The notes below the pieces were generated by a model. It did no database searches, was not told the origin of the DNA, and saw only the letters and a program-made list of their open reading frames with translations. DNA of 38,676 bases, from the NCBI GenBank assembly GCA_046538485.1, contig JBKHIT010000049.1, positions 1 to 38,676 on the forward strand, in the 5' to 3' direction. The position numbers were made by a program, and so were the translations under genes. This document shows positions 18,764 through 28,493 of the stretch, in pieces; the stretch's first letter is position 1, and each line of letters opens with the position of its first letter. This DNA comes from Candidatus Brocadiia bacterium. GTDB taxonomy: Bacteria; Planctomycetota; Brocadiia; SM23-32.

Positions 18764-19909
18764 TTACTCCCCTCTTTTCCGGTTCAGATCTCGGACTTCT
18801 TTCTCCAGACGATGCACTCGGCGCCTGAGCAACTCACTCTGTACCTGGAGCCGGCGGATAATCTCTATCTGGTTTCGGCTTGGGGGGGCTGATAAACCCG
18901 AGGGGGCATCCTGATCCATTTTGACACTCGAGATCAAAAACGGTCTCTCCTTGAGCTTTACCCGGCAGGTCTCCACTTTCTTACCTCGAAGAAATCGAAC
19001 CGACAGCTGCGTGCCTGGGGGCGACTGGGCAATTTGCCGGGTAAAAGCTTCCGGTCCAGTAATGGTCTTGCCCCCGATCTCAAGGAGCACATCTCCGGGA
19101 CGCAACCCGCACGTGTAAGCCGGTGCGCCATGGAGAACCCCCTGGACACTGAGCCCCTCCATATTCTTTTTCCAGGTGACTGATATCCCTATCCACCCCA
19201 GTCGGCGGCTCTCGGCCCGTCGCAAACGGCCAACAATTTCGTTCAGCGGTTCCCCGCCCAGAACGTAACAACGCTCCGCTCCCGTCTCCCCGGTACTGTT
19301 CGCCCAGACAACCCCAAGCAATTTCCCATTCCGGTCAAGCACCGGGGCTGTGGCACCGCCCGAGAAGTTCGGGCCAGAAAGGACGATCAGGTTTTCCCAT
19401 TTTACCCCGTGCAGATTGAGCCCCCCTGACGTGCTGGCGATCTGCGCCGCCCCCACTCCAACGTGGACATTCCGGCCCGGTTCGCCTGTCGCCACAACTC
19501 TCGCCACCCAGTCCCCTTTTTCAGGATCGTTCGACATTTCCGACAAACCTGCCGTTTGTTTTGCGCCCGTTTTCAGAAGCGCCAACCCCGCCTTTTGATC
19601 AAAAGCCATCAATCGGGCGGGAAATCTCTTTTCGGAGGAAACGACCTCAATTTTGCGTGCTCCGCTGACCGCCAGCAGATTGGTCAGAACATGCCCTTCC
19701 TGACTTACAAAAAAACCAGTATTTCTGACCACGCAGCTTTTGTCCGGTCGTCCGGGGTGGAACACAGTCGATTCCACACCAACGACAGAGGGATACGCTT
19801 TCTGGAGGGCTTCCCTGAAATCCAGCGGTGGTTCCCCGGCAATCGCGCCGGATAAGATGAAAATCAAAACAAGACAAAACTGAAGCCAAGTCTGTTTAGA
19901 AAGCTCCAT
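18764..19909 (-). CDS. HtrA/DegP-like trypsin-fold plus PDZ protein, predicted catalytically inactive
   Basis: Signal peptide; PSVVGV, TGFFVSQEGHVLTN and PVLDRNGKLLGVV; PDZ (GWIGI...GAPAYTCGLRPGDVL); C-terminal coiled coil. All catalytic triad positions are substituted. Confidence 0.85.
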   Translation of the reverse strand: MELSKQTWLQFCLVLIFILSGAIAGEPPLDFREALQKAYPSVVGVESTVFHPGRPDKSCVVRNTGFFVSQEGHVLTNLLAVSGARKIEVVSSEKRFPARLMAFDQKAGLALLKTGAKQTAGLSEMSNDPEKGDWVARVVATGEPGRNVHVGVGAAQIASTSGGLNLHGVKWENLIVLSGPNFSGGATAPVLDRNGKLLGVVWANSTGETGAERCYVLGGEPLNEIVGRLRRAESRRLGWIGISVTWKKNMEGLSVQGVLHGAPAYTCGLRPGDVLLEIGGKTITGPEAFTRQIAQSPPGTQLSVRFLRGKKVETCRVKLKERPFLISSVKMDQDAPSGLSAPPSRNQIEIIRRLQVQSELLRRRVHRLEKEVRDLNRKRGE

Positions 19910-19912
19910 AAA

Positions 19913-20530
19913 TCACCACCAATACCGATCTTGTTCCCGCTCATAAAACCTGTTTTTTACGGGGATTTCCACGCACTTTGAAGACGTATGCACGGTCTGT
20001 TCACTGCCCTCTTTTAACGACATACCCCGTTGGTCTCTGGCACCTCGTATCACGTAGCCCGGGACAATCCGCGTGGAATCTTTCTCCGGCAGGGAAACCA
20101 ATCCGATTTGCAACGGCATGGCGTTTCCGGAGGCATTTGCGGCCTGCCAAGCAGGCCTCGGAACGTACATTTCCTGGGGATCATTCCCCAATGAATAAAT
20201 ATCCTTGGCTATGTAGAAAGAACATACCAGGATCACAGCGATCGCAGCCGCAGCAACGAAACGACGCATGGTGAGGATGGGCCGATCCGATCGGCGGGAT
20301 GGGAGCGTGCACATCAAATTCTCACGTCTGTCATCTGTTAGATAGCTCCCCCGGGGCGCAAGTTCATTGATACTCTTCCGAAGAACATTGTCCGCCTCCT
20401 GGACGTCCGCAAATTGCTCACTGCACGCCGCACAGCTTTTAAGATGTTCCGTAAGTTTCCGCCGTCTGGGAGCTTCCGGCGGCCGGCCCATAAGTTCCCA
20501 GAATTCTTCTCGTGCCTCTTTACATTCCAT
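19913..20530 (-). CDS. Zinc-binding (zf-HC2/ZAS) transmembrane anti-sigma factor
   Basis: MEC...HLKSCAAC motif, TM helix FVAAAAIAVILVCSFYIA, directly downstream of the ECF sigma gene. Confidence 0.85.
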   Translation of the reverse strand: MECKEAREEFWELMGRPPEAPRRRKLTEHLKSCAACSEQFADVQEADNVLRKSINELAPRGSYLTDDRRENLMCTLPSRRSDRPILTMRRFVAAAAIAVILVCSFYIAKDIYSLGNDPQEMYVPRPAWQAANASGNAMPLQIGLVSLPEKDSTRIVPGYVIRGARDQRGMSLKEGSEQTVHTSSKCVEIPVKNRFYEREQDRYWW

Positions 20531-20601
20531 GCATACTCTCTCCTTTACCCTTTAGTGCGCTAAGACCATGTAAAAGTTCAAAGCATATGGGTTTTTCTTC
20601 T

Positions 20602-21138
20602 TCAATCTTTCCACTCAATTCGAGTTTTTAGTTTCCGGGAAATTTTTTCAAGTGCGTAATGGATTCGCGATTTCACGGTTCCGAGCGAACAGTCCAAGTC
20701 TTCAGCAATTTCTTCGTAAGATTTATCCTCGAGATATCGAAGCGCCAGCACTGCCCGATGATGGGCTGGCAGTTCATTGATGGCTATGCGAACAGCCCGG
20801 GCTTGTTCCCGGCGTGTAATCTCTTCCTCGACAGACGGTTCCTCGGACTCAAGCAGTTCGGCCAGATTGGCAAAATCCCCAATTTCCGCCCGCTTTTGGA
20901 GGGATACGATCTTTTTCTTGGTACGCAGCCAGGATCGGAATTTATTCAGCAAAATTCCATAAAGCCATGTATATTTAGCAGAGCGCCCCTCGAATGAGTC
21001 AATCGATTCAAAGGCCGCCGCATAGGTTTCCTGCACGAGCTCTTCGGCGACATCGGGCTCGCCCGTCATGAACAAAGCCGCACGGAAAAGCCGGTCATAA
21101 TAGTCATCGACAAGTTTTTCGAGCTTTTTGGTGGCCAC
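20602..21138 (-). CDS. ECF RNA polymerase sigma factor
   Basis: Region 2 (AEELVQETY...FEGRS..YTWLYGI) and region 4 (SYEEIAEDLDCSLGTVKSRIH). Confidence 0.93.
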   Translation of the reverse strand: MATKKLEKLVDDYYDRLFRAALFMTGEPDVAEELVQETYAAAFESIDSFEGRSAKYTWLYGILLNKFRSWLRTKKKIVSLQKRAEIGDFANLAELLESEEPSVEEEITRREQARAVRIAINELPAHHRAVLALRYLEDKSYEEIAEDLDCSLGTVKSRIHYALEKISRKLKTRIEWKD

Positions 21139-21182
21139 AGCTTCTCATCGCGCTATAATTCCGCCAGAGCACGCCTGCAGAG

Positions 21183-21623
21183 TCAATCGAGTTCCTGGAG
21201 CTTTTCTCGTGCGATTTCGTTTGCTATTTGTCCCTCGACGACTTCCCCGTATTCCCCCATTACCGTTTTCATCACTATCCCGATATCTCGCGGACCGGAC
21301 AGTTCTTTTTCCGCAATGATCTCATCAATAAGAGCTTCCACGTCCGCCCGATCCATTTGTTCGGGGAGAAACTCTTCCACAATCTCCAGTTCCTGATTTA
21401 CTTCATCGGCCTTTTCATCCTGTCCCAGCTCCTCGTATTCTTCCGCTCCTTTTCGGAGTTTTTTCGCATATGATTTGACCACAGACATTTCATCAAGTTC
21501 TTCGCCTGAGGTTCCGGCAACTTTCAACTCGCTCAGCAACATCCTCAAAACACTCAACCGTTGTTTGTCGCCTGAACGCATGGCCTGTTTCAACTGTTCA
21601 CTGATTTCCTCTTCCAAACTCAT
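21183..21623 (-). CDS. GatB/YqeY domain protein
   Basis: MSLEEEISEQLKQAMRSGDKQRLSVLRML...EEFLPEQM...DIGIVMK; start moved to ATG 21623. Confidence 0.9.
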   Translation of the reverse strand: MSLEEEISEQLKQAMRSGDKQRLSVLRMLLSELKVAGTSGEELDEMSVVKSYAKKLRKGAEEYEELGQDEKADEVNQELEIVEEFLPEQMDRADVEALIDEIIAEKELSGPRDIGIVMKTVMGEYGEVVEGQIANEIAREKLQELD

Positions 21624-21630
21624 GGGTTCC

Positions 21631-24600
21631 TCACTCTTTTTTGTCTCTCGCGATTTGCAATCGGTATCCTTCCAGCAGCGCTTTTTTCTGGGCATACTCG
21701 TATTGAGTCTTATTCAGCTGATACACATCTCGGATAACCGAAAGCGGGTCTTTTTCTTCCGGCAGATATGCAAGGCCTTCTAAAGCCGCACGCACAACTT
21801 CGGGGGGATATTTGTAATCAACCCGGGGGCGCCTCTTCAAATGCTCGAATGCGTCACGGAGCATTTCTTCTTCTCCCAAGCTCCCCAGTGCCCGACAGAC
21901 CGGTTGTGCGGGATCTTCCTCCGGCCTTTCGTGTGTTCGCTCACGCCGATCGGGCCTTCGGAACCGACTGCGATCTCCCATCTCCGGATCCATCGGCATG
22001 ACAGGTCTTCGTTCAGGCTCTCTTTGAGGGTCTGGATGACGCCGTCCGCCGCGTCTTTCGTCGCCCTCTTTCTCCTGTGGCTTCACGCGCCATTCTTTCA
22101 TAATATCTTTCAACATCTGTCGGCTCCCTTCGCTATCGATTTGGCGCGCGGCAGCCACAGCCCCTCTTTTATTCCAGAGTTCCGGACTGCGGTCGTATAG
22201 ATCTTTCAATGCTGCACCCGCATCGTACGACGGCGCTCGTGCTTTCAAAAGGACCACGACTTTCGGTCCGATCACCGGATCATTCAAAAGCCTTTGTCCT
22301 TGTTTCTTCAGAATCGATGCCACCTGTTTGTCCGGATGATCAACAAGCACATCGAGGACTTTAAGTCTACGATGGGCTCGGGCGAGCCAGGAATCATATC
22401 GGTATTTGATCGGTGCAGGCGGTTTGCGTTCCTTGCGTTTACGCCGAACGTTTCTGTCGCCCCGTCTATCTCCTCGCCACCTGTCACGCTGCTCAGTAGT
22501 TTCAAGAACTCCGTAATCGGTGCGGCATAATTCCTGAAAAGTGTCCTGGTAGTTCCGTCTGCCACCAGCAGCAGAACCGGCGGCCATTTGCACCAGCGCC
22601 TCGTAGTATGCAACGGGTTGTTCCCCGCCTCGCACGTTTAATAAATGAAGGATGTCATCTTTCACATTTATAGGGAGGGACGGAACTGATTGCGTGAGAA
22701 GGTTCCAGTAATAATTTCCCCCGCGCGCGGCAAACCGTCTTGCCCAATCCTGATAAAGTCCGCGGAGTTCGCCGCTCGCTTGCATCTTGGGGAAAACGAT
22801 TGAAAGCAAGTTTTTTGCTTTTGCATTATGAATATTGACAAGCGCATCGAAAAGCGCCCCAAGAACCGAAGACGGCATGTTCTTGGTGGTGTTTTCTTCA
22901 TGGCGTTGCGACCTGTTTTTATCCTTTTTCTTTTTGGTGTAGCTATAATCCGCCAATCTTTCAAAAACGGACCAGACCTGTCCGGGAGGGTTGCCAATTT
23001 TCCCAAACGCTTTGATCACGGCGACCGTCTCCGGCAATTCGGGAGATTGAGTCCTCAACGACCGTGCGCCCCATTTTGTCCGTTCCGCCATTTTTCGCAC
23101 GACTTTTGCAACTTTGGCTTTGTTCGCAGTCAACTCACCCAGGTCTTTCCCGCCGGGCAGGGAACGAATAGCACGGTAGGCGCCCAGTTCCATCCCCTGT
23201 CTCATAATTTCCCGCACACGTTTTTCCTGGCTTTCCGTAATATTTTGGTGGCGTTTTTCGGGTTGTTCCGGCCGCATCTCTCTTTTCGGAGCCCTTTCTT
23301 CTCCTGGCATCACCATTTCTTCTCGCCGGGGCCCATCGCCTTTTTTCTCCTCAGTGGGTTCCGAGGCCTGGATCGCGATATCTGGTGCCTCGTCGAACAC
23401 TAAATCGCTAATAGGATCGATTACTTTTTCATGCCCCGCACGCGCAAGTCCTGTAACAACGGCTATTCTGAGATGAAGTTGTTTAAGTGTCTCCTGATAT
23501 TTTAGAGGTTTGTCCTGCCGTTGGTTAGCTAACCCGAACAAATAATCCTTCGCATCATCAGTGCGCATATCGCCCATCATCTCCAGTGCCGCGACCTTCA
23601 CGTGCAGACAGGCATCACTCTGCGTCAGCTCTTTAAGAGCCGGAGCCAAGTCCTCGTAAGAACCCAGGGAGAGCAATTCCAGAGCTCTCAGTCTTGCTTC
23701 CAATTCTGCAGGCCGCTGGTAGTCATATCTCTTCTTTTTTTTGTTCTCATCTCTATATCTGTATTTGGGTCTGTAGAAAAGGCCTTCCTTGGTTGGAGAC
23801 CACTCCATACTTGGTTGTTTCTGCTGTTCCGAACGCCCTCTATTACGTTTTTTTTCTTCAAAGCGCAACCGCGGCACGTTCCAATGCCAGGATTTACTGG
23901 CAATTGCGATCAGATCTTTTTTGGCCGGCCACTGTCCCAGTTCAACCATCATATTTGCCGCTTCGACTCGAGCTCTCGTATGGCGCCCGTCCTGAACAAC
24001 ATTCCTCAGCAACTCAAGGGCCAATTGGGGATCCACTTCTTCCTTAAGCTGCCACAATTCTTTAGCAACATGCTCCGCATCTATATTGTAACTCCATCCT
24101 CTTTCTACAACCTCCTCGGCGGCAACCTTCGCAAAAGCTTCACTATCCGGTGGCCCCCAGTCCTGGCGTCGCCAGAGTTCCCGGATGTTGGAAAGATGTC
24201 CTGTATTAAGACGGGACAGAGCCCATTTAGCATCGAGAGCGGCCTGGAGCGATGCACTGCTTCCCAGGGCTACCAGGCCTATAACTGCCGCTGGATTACC
24301 TCTTTCCAGGGCTTCGTGTTTTAAAACGGCCACAGCATACGGGCTCCCGCATTTTGCTAAAAGGCGGGCATCGCGAATTGATCGGCTTCTATGTAATCTG
24401 TTTTGCAGAATACCACAAAGTGTAACCGAAGCGTTTGGACTGAATTCCGAACAGAGCGCGAGGAAATCACCATGGTGGATACGTCGTTTATCTTCACGTT
24501 CTCTCCCCCGGTGCCCGCGATCCCTTTCATTTTTCTCTTTCTCTCTTGTTTTATTGCGCCGCCGCACCGCGGATTCCAACTCAATCAGTTTGCAGAGCTG

Positions 24601-27258
24601 ACGCGCACCCGAACGACCCCCAATTTCTGTCTGCCGTTTCGCTATACGATACAGCGTTTCTATATCCTGATACCATTTCAATTTGGCTACTTGTGCCAGA
24701 GCTGCCGGCATGTTAGGCGTCTGCATTTTAATAAGATCTTCAAAAAAGTCTTCCCGTACTTTAGCCGATGATTTCCCCAGTTCGCTTTCCAACTGGCTGA
24801 GAGCACGGCCATCCGCGCTCCCCGCCAAACCAGCAAGCGTAGCGGCTTGAATTGCTGGTTCTATAGTTGATTCTCTCAAGGTCCGCAACGAACGGCGGGT
24901 TCCGATCTCTCCCAACATCAGTATTGCCGCCACCCGGACATTCTGGTTTTTATGGTTCTCAGCGATTCCGGTCAATTCCCGGGTCACTGATTCCCTTCGG
25001 AGTAAAATTATTGGCCGCAAAGACGAAGGATAAGCATCAACATTATTCGGCTCCCATGAGTTGAGTCTTTCCCGGATGATTGAAACAAGTTCTCTCTCGG
25101 GGAGCATAGGCAGTAATTCCTTTCGCAGAGCCTCGTCCTCAAGGCCCGAAATATAACTTTCTGAAGCGGCCCGCAACGCATCGCGGAATCGCGGCCAGTT
25201 AAGATACATGAAGGGCTGGCGATCCGAAACACTAAATTTGCGCAGTCGATCTTCGTAAAGTTTGCCCCGGTTCCTGCTCTTAACCTCCCATAGAAGCGCT
25301 TGAGCCTCACGCACAAGGTGCGGGCGCATATTTTTGAACACAAAATCCTCACTCTCCACCGTGCCCAGAAGTTCACCGTCCGCTTCGTGGTCTTTCACCA
25401 TATCGTGGACCTTCCCGTAGGCCGCCCCCAGTCTCTTCCTGCGCGCCAGGGCCGCCATATTTGGGCTTATAGCACCAAGGGCAGCAGGGATTATGTTTTT
25501 GTCTTCTGACCACAACTCAAGCGTCAACATAGGCCCGGTCCGGCCTCCACGCCGCAGCGTATGGTAACGTCGCACCTCATTACCGAGGATCAATTGCCCT
25601 ATCCGGAAACTTCCTTTTGGCTGATCCTCAAATATGTGAATTTCCGCCGGTCTTTTGTCCGTTCCCTTGATAACAAATGCGGTGTTATTGCCGGCAACAA
25701 TTTCGCACCGACCCCACACAAGCACTTCGTTCCTGGAGGTGTTTGCTGCGATGCCCAATTCCCCGTCGCTGCCGGCCGTAAGATGTACTCCGTTTCCGCC
25801 TCCGGGTAAAATCTCTTCCCAGTTCCCCACCGGTGAACGCCCTGACCCCGAACGTTCTTCACCTCTCATATTCTGGTTGCCAATCTTAACGGCTGTAAGC
25901 TTTTCGTTATCAGGGGAATGATATTCGACGGCCTTTCCCCTCATCTGCGCCTGCCAACCAAAATCGGTTTTCTTCAGGCCCTGTTCTTCAAGTTTCGAGA
26001 CAGGCATTGACTTACGCGCTCGCGAAGAAGCACGCCAGTTTTGCATGGCCCGATAGAGGGTTGCCAGCATCCGAGTCGGCACAGTGGGCGACAGTTCCGG
26101 TGCAAGAACACGTACATGGTGTATTTTCCCATGTTCCAGTTGCACGGGAACTCGAAAAGTATCTCGTCCATCAGGGATCGCAATGTCAAAATAAACGTAT
26201 GCTTCCTTTCCTTTAATCGCTGCCTGCCAGCTGGCGGAAGGCGCAACCGGATGCAGGTTGTCCCCCGCATCTCCCGTCTTCAGTGTTTCCAGATCCGGGT
26301 GCCGATTGACCACCCGGACTGTTGGCCCGAACCTATCGAGATATTCTTTCTGTGACTCAGTCACACGGATTTCGTTATAGGAAGCCTTCAGGCCCAGTAT
26401 CTGGGCCGTTTCCTCATCGCCACCGCCCCAAAAGACTGCTCTCATCCAGCAAAGGTCCGCCTCTTGTCTCATATTTTTATTTTTGCACCACTCGTACAAC
26501 CTGGCCCATTTCGCGGCCATTTGGTCCGCTTTTGTGGTTTCTCGGGCAGCCCCAATTTCTTGCAATCTTTCCAGATATTCATCCGCCGCTTCTTGGGCCT
26601 GTTCCAGATCTTGTTTAACATCATCGGGGACCGGAGATTCGACGGCGCGCGTATGCCTTCTCTCGGGCCTTTCTGTCTCTTCTTCCGGCTCGTCAGGTTC
26701 CTTTTCTTCTATTTCTTTTTCTGGCTCGGGGGTCGTCTCGACAGGGAGACCCGGCATCTCTTCCTCAGGCAGCTCTTCATCGGGTTGCTCTTCCGGCCTC
26801 TGGGCGACAGGTGGCTTTTCAACCGGCTCCTCACCATCATCGCCACCCAAAGACAGCGCCAGAACAACCGCTAACACAACGACCGCAACCAGCAAAACCG
26901 CGCCGCCTCCTAAGACAACAGCAATCGGAAAGCCTGCCCCCTTTTCTTTTTTCGCCCCAGCCGGTGCTCTCGCTGTAAGTTTTGCACCGCAGTTTGTACA
27001 AAATTCGGCTCCGGGTTCGACGGACTCACCGCATTCAGGACAGGTGCCCCCTGCATCCGGTTCTGATTCGAGTTCAGGCTCCTCGGCGAGTTCGGGTTCT
27101 TCCTCTACCGCGGGGCTGGCCTCAGGGCCTCCAGCATTCGCCGGCACATCGATGGTTGTCCCGCATTCCGGGCAGCGGACTTGTTTGCCCGCGAGTTCAT
27201 CACTCAACGTTAAAACAACTCCACACTGTGGATTCGGACATCGAGCTTCAACAGGCAT
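21631..27258 (-). CDS. Large membrane-anchored protein: two N-terminal Zn ribbons, TM helix, Pro/Glu linker, HEAT-like helical repeats
   Basis: 1875-aa open frame; CPNPQC..CPEC and CPEC..CTNC; hydrophobic IAVVLGGGAVLLVAVVVLAVVLALSL; HEAT-like VRVAAILMLGEIG, VKVAALEMMGDM and VVRAALEGLAYL. Confidence 0.75.
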   Translation of the reverse strand: MPVEARCPNPQCGVVLTLSDELAGKQVRCPECGTTIDVPANAGGPEASPAVEEEPELAEEPELESEPDAGGTCPECGESVEPGAEFCTNCGAKLTARAPAGAKKEKGAGFPIAVVLGGGAVLLVAVVVLAVVLALSLGGDDGEEPVEKPPVAQRPEEQPDEELPEEEMPGLPVETTPEPEKEIEEKEPDEPEEETERPERRHTRAVESPVPDDVKQDLEQAQEAADEYLERLQEIGAARETTKADQMAAKWARLYEWCKNKNMRQEADLCWMRAVFWGGGDEETAQILGLKASYNEIRVTESQKEYLDRFGPTVRVVNRHPDLETLKTGDAGDNLHPVAPSASWQAAIKGKEAYVYFDIAIPDGRDTFRVPVQLEHGKIHHVRVLAPELSPTVPTRMLATLYRAMQNWRASSRARKSMPVSKLEEQGLKKTDFGWQAQMRGKAVEYHSPDNEKLTAVKIGNQNMRGEERSGSGRSPVGNWEEILPGGGNGVHLTAGSDGELGIAANTSRNEVLVWGRCEIVAGNNTAFVIKGTDKRPAEIHIFEDQPKGSFRIGQLILGNEVRRYHTLRRGGRTGPMLTLELWSEDKNIIPAALGAISPNMAALARRKRLGAAYGKVHDMVKDHEADGELLGTVESEDFVFKNMRPHLVREAQALLWEVKSRNRGKLYEDRLRKFSVSDRQPFMYLNWPRFRDALRAASESYISGLEDEALRKELLPMLPERELVSIIRERLNSWEPNNVDAYPSSLRPIILLRRESVTRELTGIAENHKNQNVRVAAILMLGEIGTRRSLRTLRESTIEPAIQAATLAGLAGSADGRALSQLESELGKSSAKVREDFFEDLIKMQTPNMPAALAQVAKLKWYQDIETLYRIAKRQTEIGGRSGARQLCKLIELESAVRRRNKTREKEKNERDRGHRGREREDKRRIHHGDFLALCSEFSPNASVTLCGILQNRLHRSRSIRDARLLAKCGSPYAVAVLKHEALERGNPAAVIGLVALGSSASLQAALDAKWALSRLNTGHLSNIRELWRRQDWGPPDSEAFAKVAAEEVVERGWSYNIDAEHVAKELWQLKEEVDPQLALELLRNVVQDGRHTRARVEAANMMVELGQWPAKKDLIAIASKSWHWNVPRLRFEEKKRNRGRSEQQKQPSMEWSPTKEGLFYRPKYRYRDENKKKKRYDYQRPAELEARLRALELLSLGSYEDLAPALKELTQSDACLHVKVAALEMMGDMRTDDAKDYLFGLANQRQDKPLKYQETLKQLHLRIAVVTGLARAGHEKVIDPISDLVFDEAPDIAIQASEPTEEKKGDGPRREEMVMPGEERAPKREMRPEQPEKRHQNITESQEKRVREIMRQGMELGAYRAIRSLPGGKDLGELTANKAKVAKVVRKMAERTKWGARSLRTQSPELPETVAVIKAFGKIGNPPGQVWSVFERLADYSYTKKKKDKNRSQRHEENTTKNMPSSVLGALFDALVNIHNAKAKNLLSIVFPKMQASGELRGLYQDWARRFAARGGNYYWNLLTQSVPSLPINVKDDILHLLNVRGGEQPVAYYEALVQMAAGSAAGGRRNYQDTFQELCRTDYGVLETTEQRDRWRGDRRGDRNVRRKRKERKPPAPIKYRYDSWLARAHRRLKVLDVLVDHPDKQVASILKKQGQRLLNDPVIGPKVVVLLKARAPSYDAGAALKDLYDRSPELWNKRGAVAAARQIDSEGSRQMLKDIMKEWRVKPQEKEGDERRGGRRHPDPQREPERRPVMPMDPEMGDRSRFRRPDRRERTHERPEEDPAQPVCRALGSLGEEEMLRDAFEHLKRRPRVDYKYPPEVVRAALEGLAYLPEEKDPLSVIRDVYQLNKTQYEYAQKKALLEGYRLQIARDKKE

Positions 27259-27310
27259 TTTTGCACCTATATAATAATTCTATCCTGTGGAATAGCATAG
27301 GCTTAATTCG

Positions 27311-27350
27311 AGTTTAGCCCTACGAACTCTGTATGTCAAGAGTTTGACAT
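27311..27350 (-). promoter_or_regulatory. Candidate sigma70 promoter with inverted repeat over the -35 box
   Basis: TTGACA-N17-TAAACT on the minus strand; ATGTCAA-gagt-TTGACAT palindrome at 27333-27350. Confidence 0.5.
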
Positions 27351-27395
27351 CGACTGTTATTCTAACTTGTTTGTACACCAATCCTCGAGGGCCGT

Positions 27396-28283
27396 TTACA
27401 ACAACGCCGTACTGAAATAGCGTTCGGCCCGGTCCGGAAGGACCGTAGCAATGGGACCGTCAAGCGATTTAGACAGTTCTCGGGCGGCCCAGACATTAGC
27501 GCCTGAGGAGATACCGACCAACAGGCCGTGATCATGCCCGAGCCGCCGGGTGGTATCGATCGCGTCGTCATCGGTGACTTCAATGACGTCATCCACCAGT
27601 TCAACGTTCAGCACGCCGGGCACAAATCCGTCTCCAATACCCTGAATCGCGTGGAGACCTGGTTCATGTCCAAGCAAAGCGGACACGTTTTTGGGTTCTA
27701 CGGCAACAACTTTCACGTCTGGCTTACGCTCCTTAAGAAACTTCCCCACCCCCTGCAAAGTACCTCCGCTGCCTACACCTGCCACGAATGCTGCAACATC
27801 GCCGCTCATCTGTCGCCATATTTCGTGAGCCGTCTCCTCGTAATGGCACCGTGGATTATCGGGATTTTCAAACTGTTGCGGCATATATACCCGCTCGTCT
27901 TTTTCATCGAACTCTTGCGCACGCGCTACCGCACCGGCTATGCCCTCTTCATCCGGAGTGAGAATCAGCTTAGCCCCGAGTGCTCTGATAAGTTTTTTCC
28001 GTTCGTCGCTCATACCCTCGGGCATCACGATTCGCACTTTGTAGCCTTTCAACCGCCCCACCAGAGCCAGGCCAATCCCGGTATTACCAGAAGTCGGCTC
28101 AAGGATTATACTATTCTCGGTCAGCAAATCGTCCCGTTCCGCCCCTTCAATCATAGCCAGAGCGACCCGGTCTTTGATACTCCCTCCGGGGTTCAAAAAT
28201 TCCGCCTTGGCATAGACATCCTCCCGATACAAGCGTATGAGAGGCGTATTACCGATTAAATCCAGGATATTGTCAGTGAGCAT
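27396..28283 (-). CDS. cysK: Cysteine synthase A (O-acetylserine sulfhydrylase)
   Basis: IGNTPL, NPGGSIKDR (PLP Lys), EPTSGNTG, GVGSGGT, HAIQGIG and GISSGA; start ATG 28283 with SD GAGG. Confidence 0.92.
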   Translation of the reverse strand: MLTDNILDLIGNTPLIRLYREDVYAKAEFLNPGGSIKDRVALAMIEGAERDDLLTENSIILEPTSGNTGIGLALVGRLKGYKVRIVMPEGMSDERKKLIRALGAKLILTPDEEGIAGAVARAQEFDEKDERVYMPQQFENPDNPRCHYEETAHEIWRQMSGDVAAFVAGVGSGGTLQGVGKFLKERKPDVKVVAVEPKNVSALLGHEPGLHAIQGIGDGFVPGVLNVELVDDVIEVTDDDAIDTTRRLGHDHGLLVGISSGANVWAARELSKSLDGPIATVLPDRAERYFSTALL

Positions 28284-28493
28284 TGCGTTCCTCGTAATAG
28301 AACAGCACTGGTACAAAAACATTATACCGGTGTCGGGCTGAACAGTCACATTGATGTTCCGGAACAGCCGAGCACAGAATCATTCCAGCAAGTTGTAAGC
28401 CCACACCGACTGTTAAAGAGTCAGTGATGGACAAATTGAACCTGGTTTTCGAAGGTAAAGTATAATCCCCAATCTTCGCCCGGCAACCAATCC

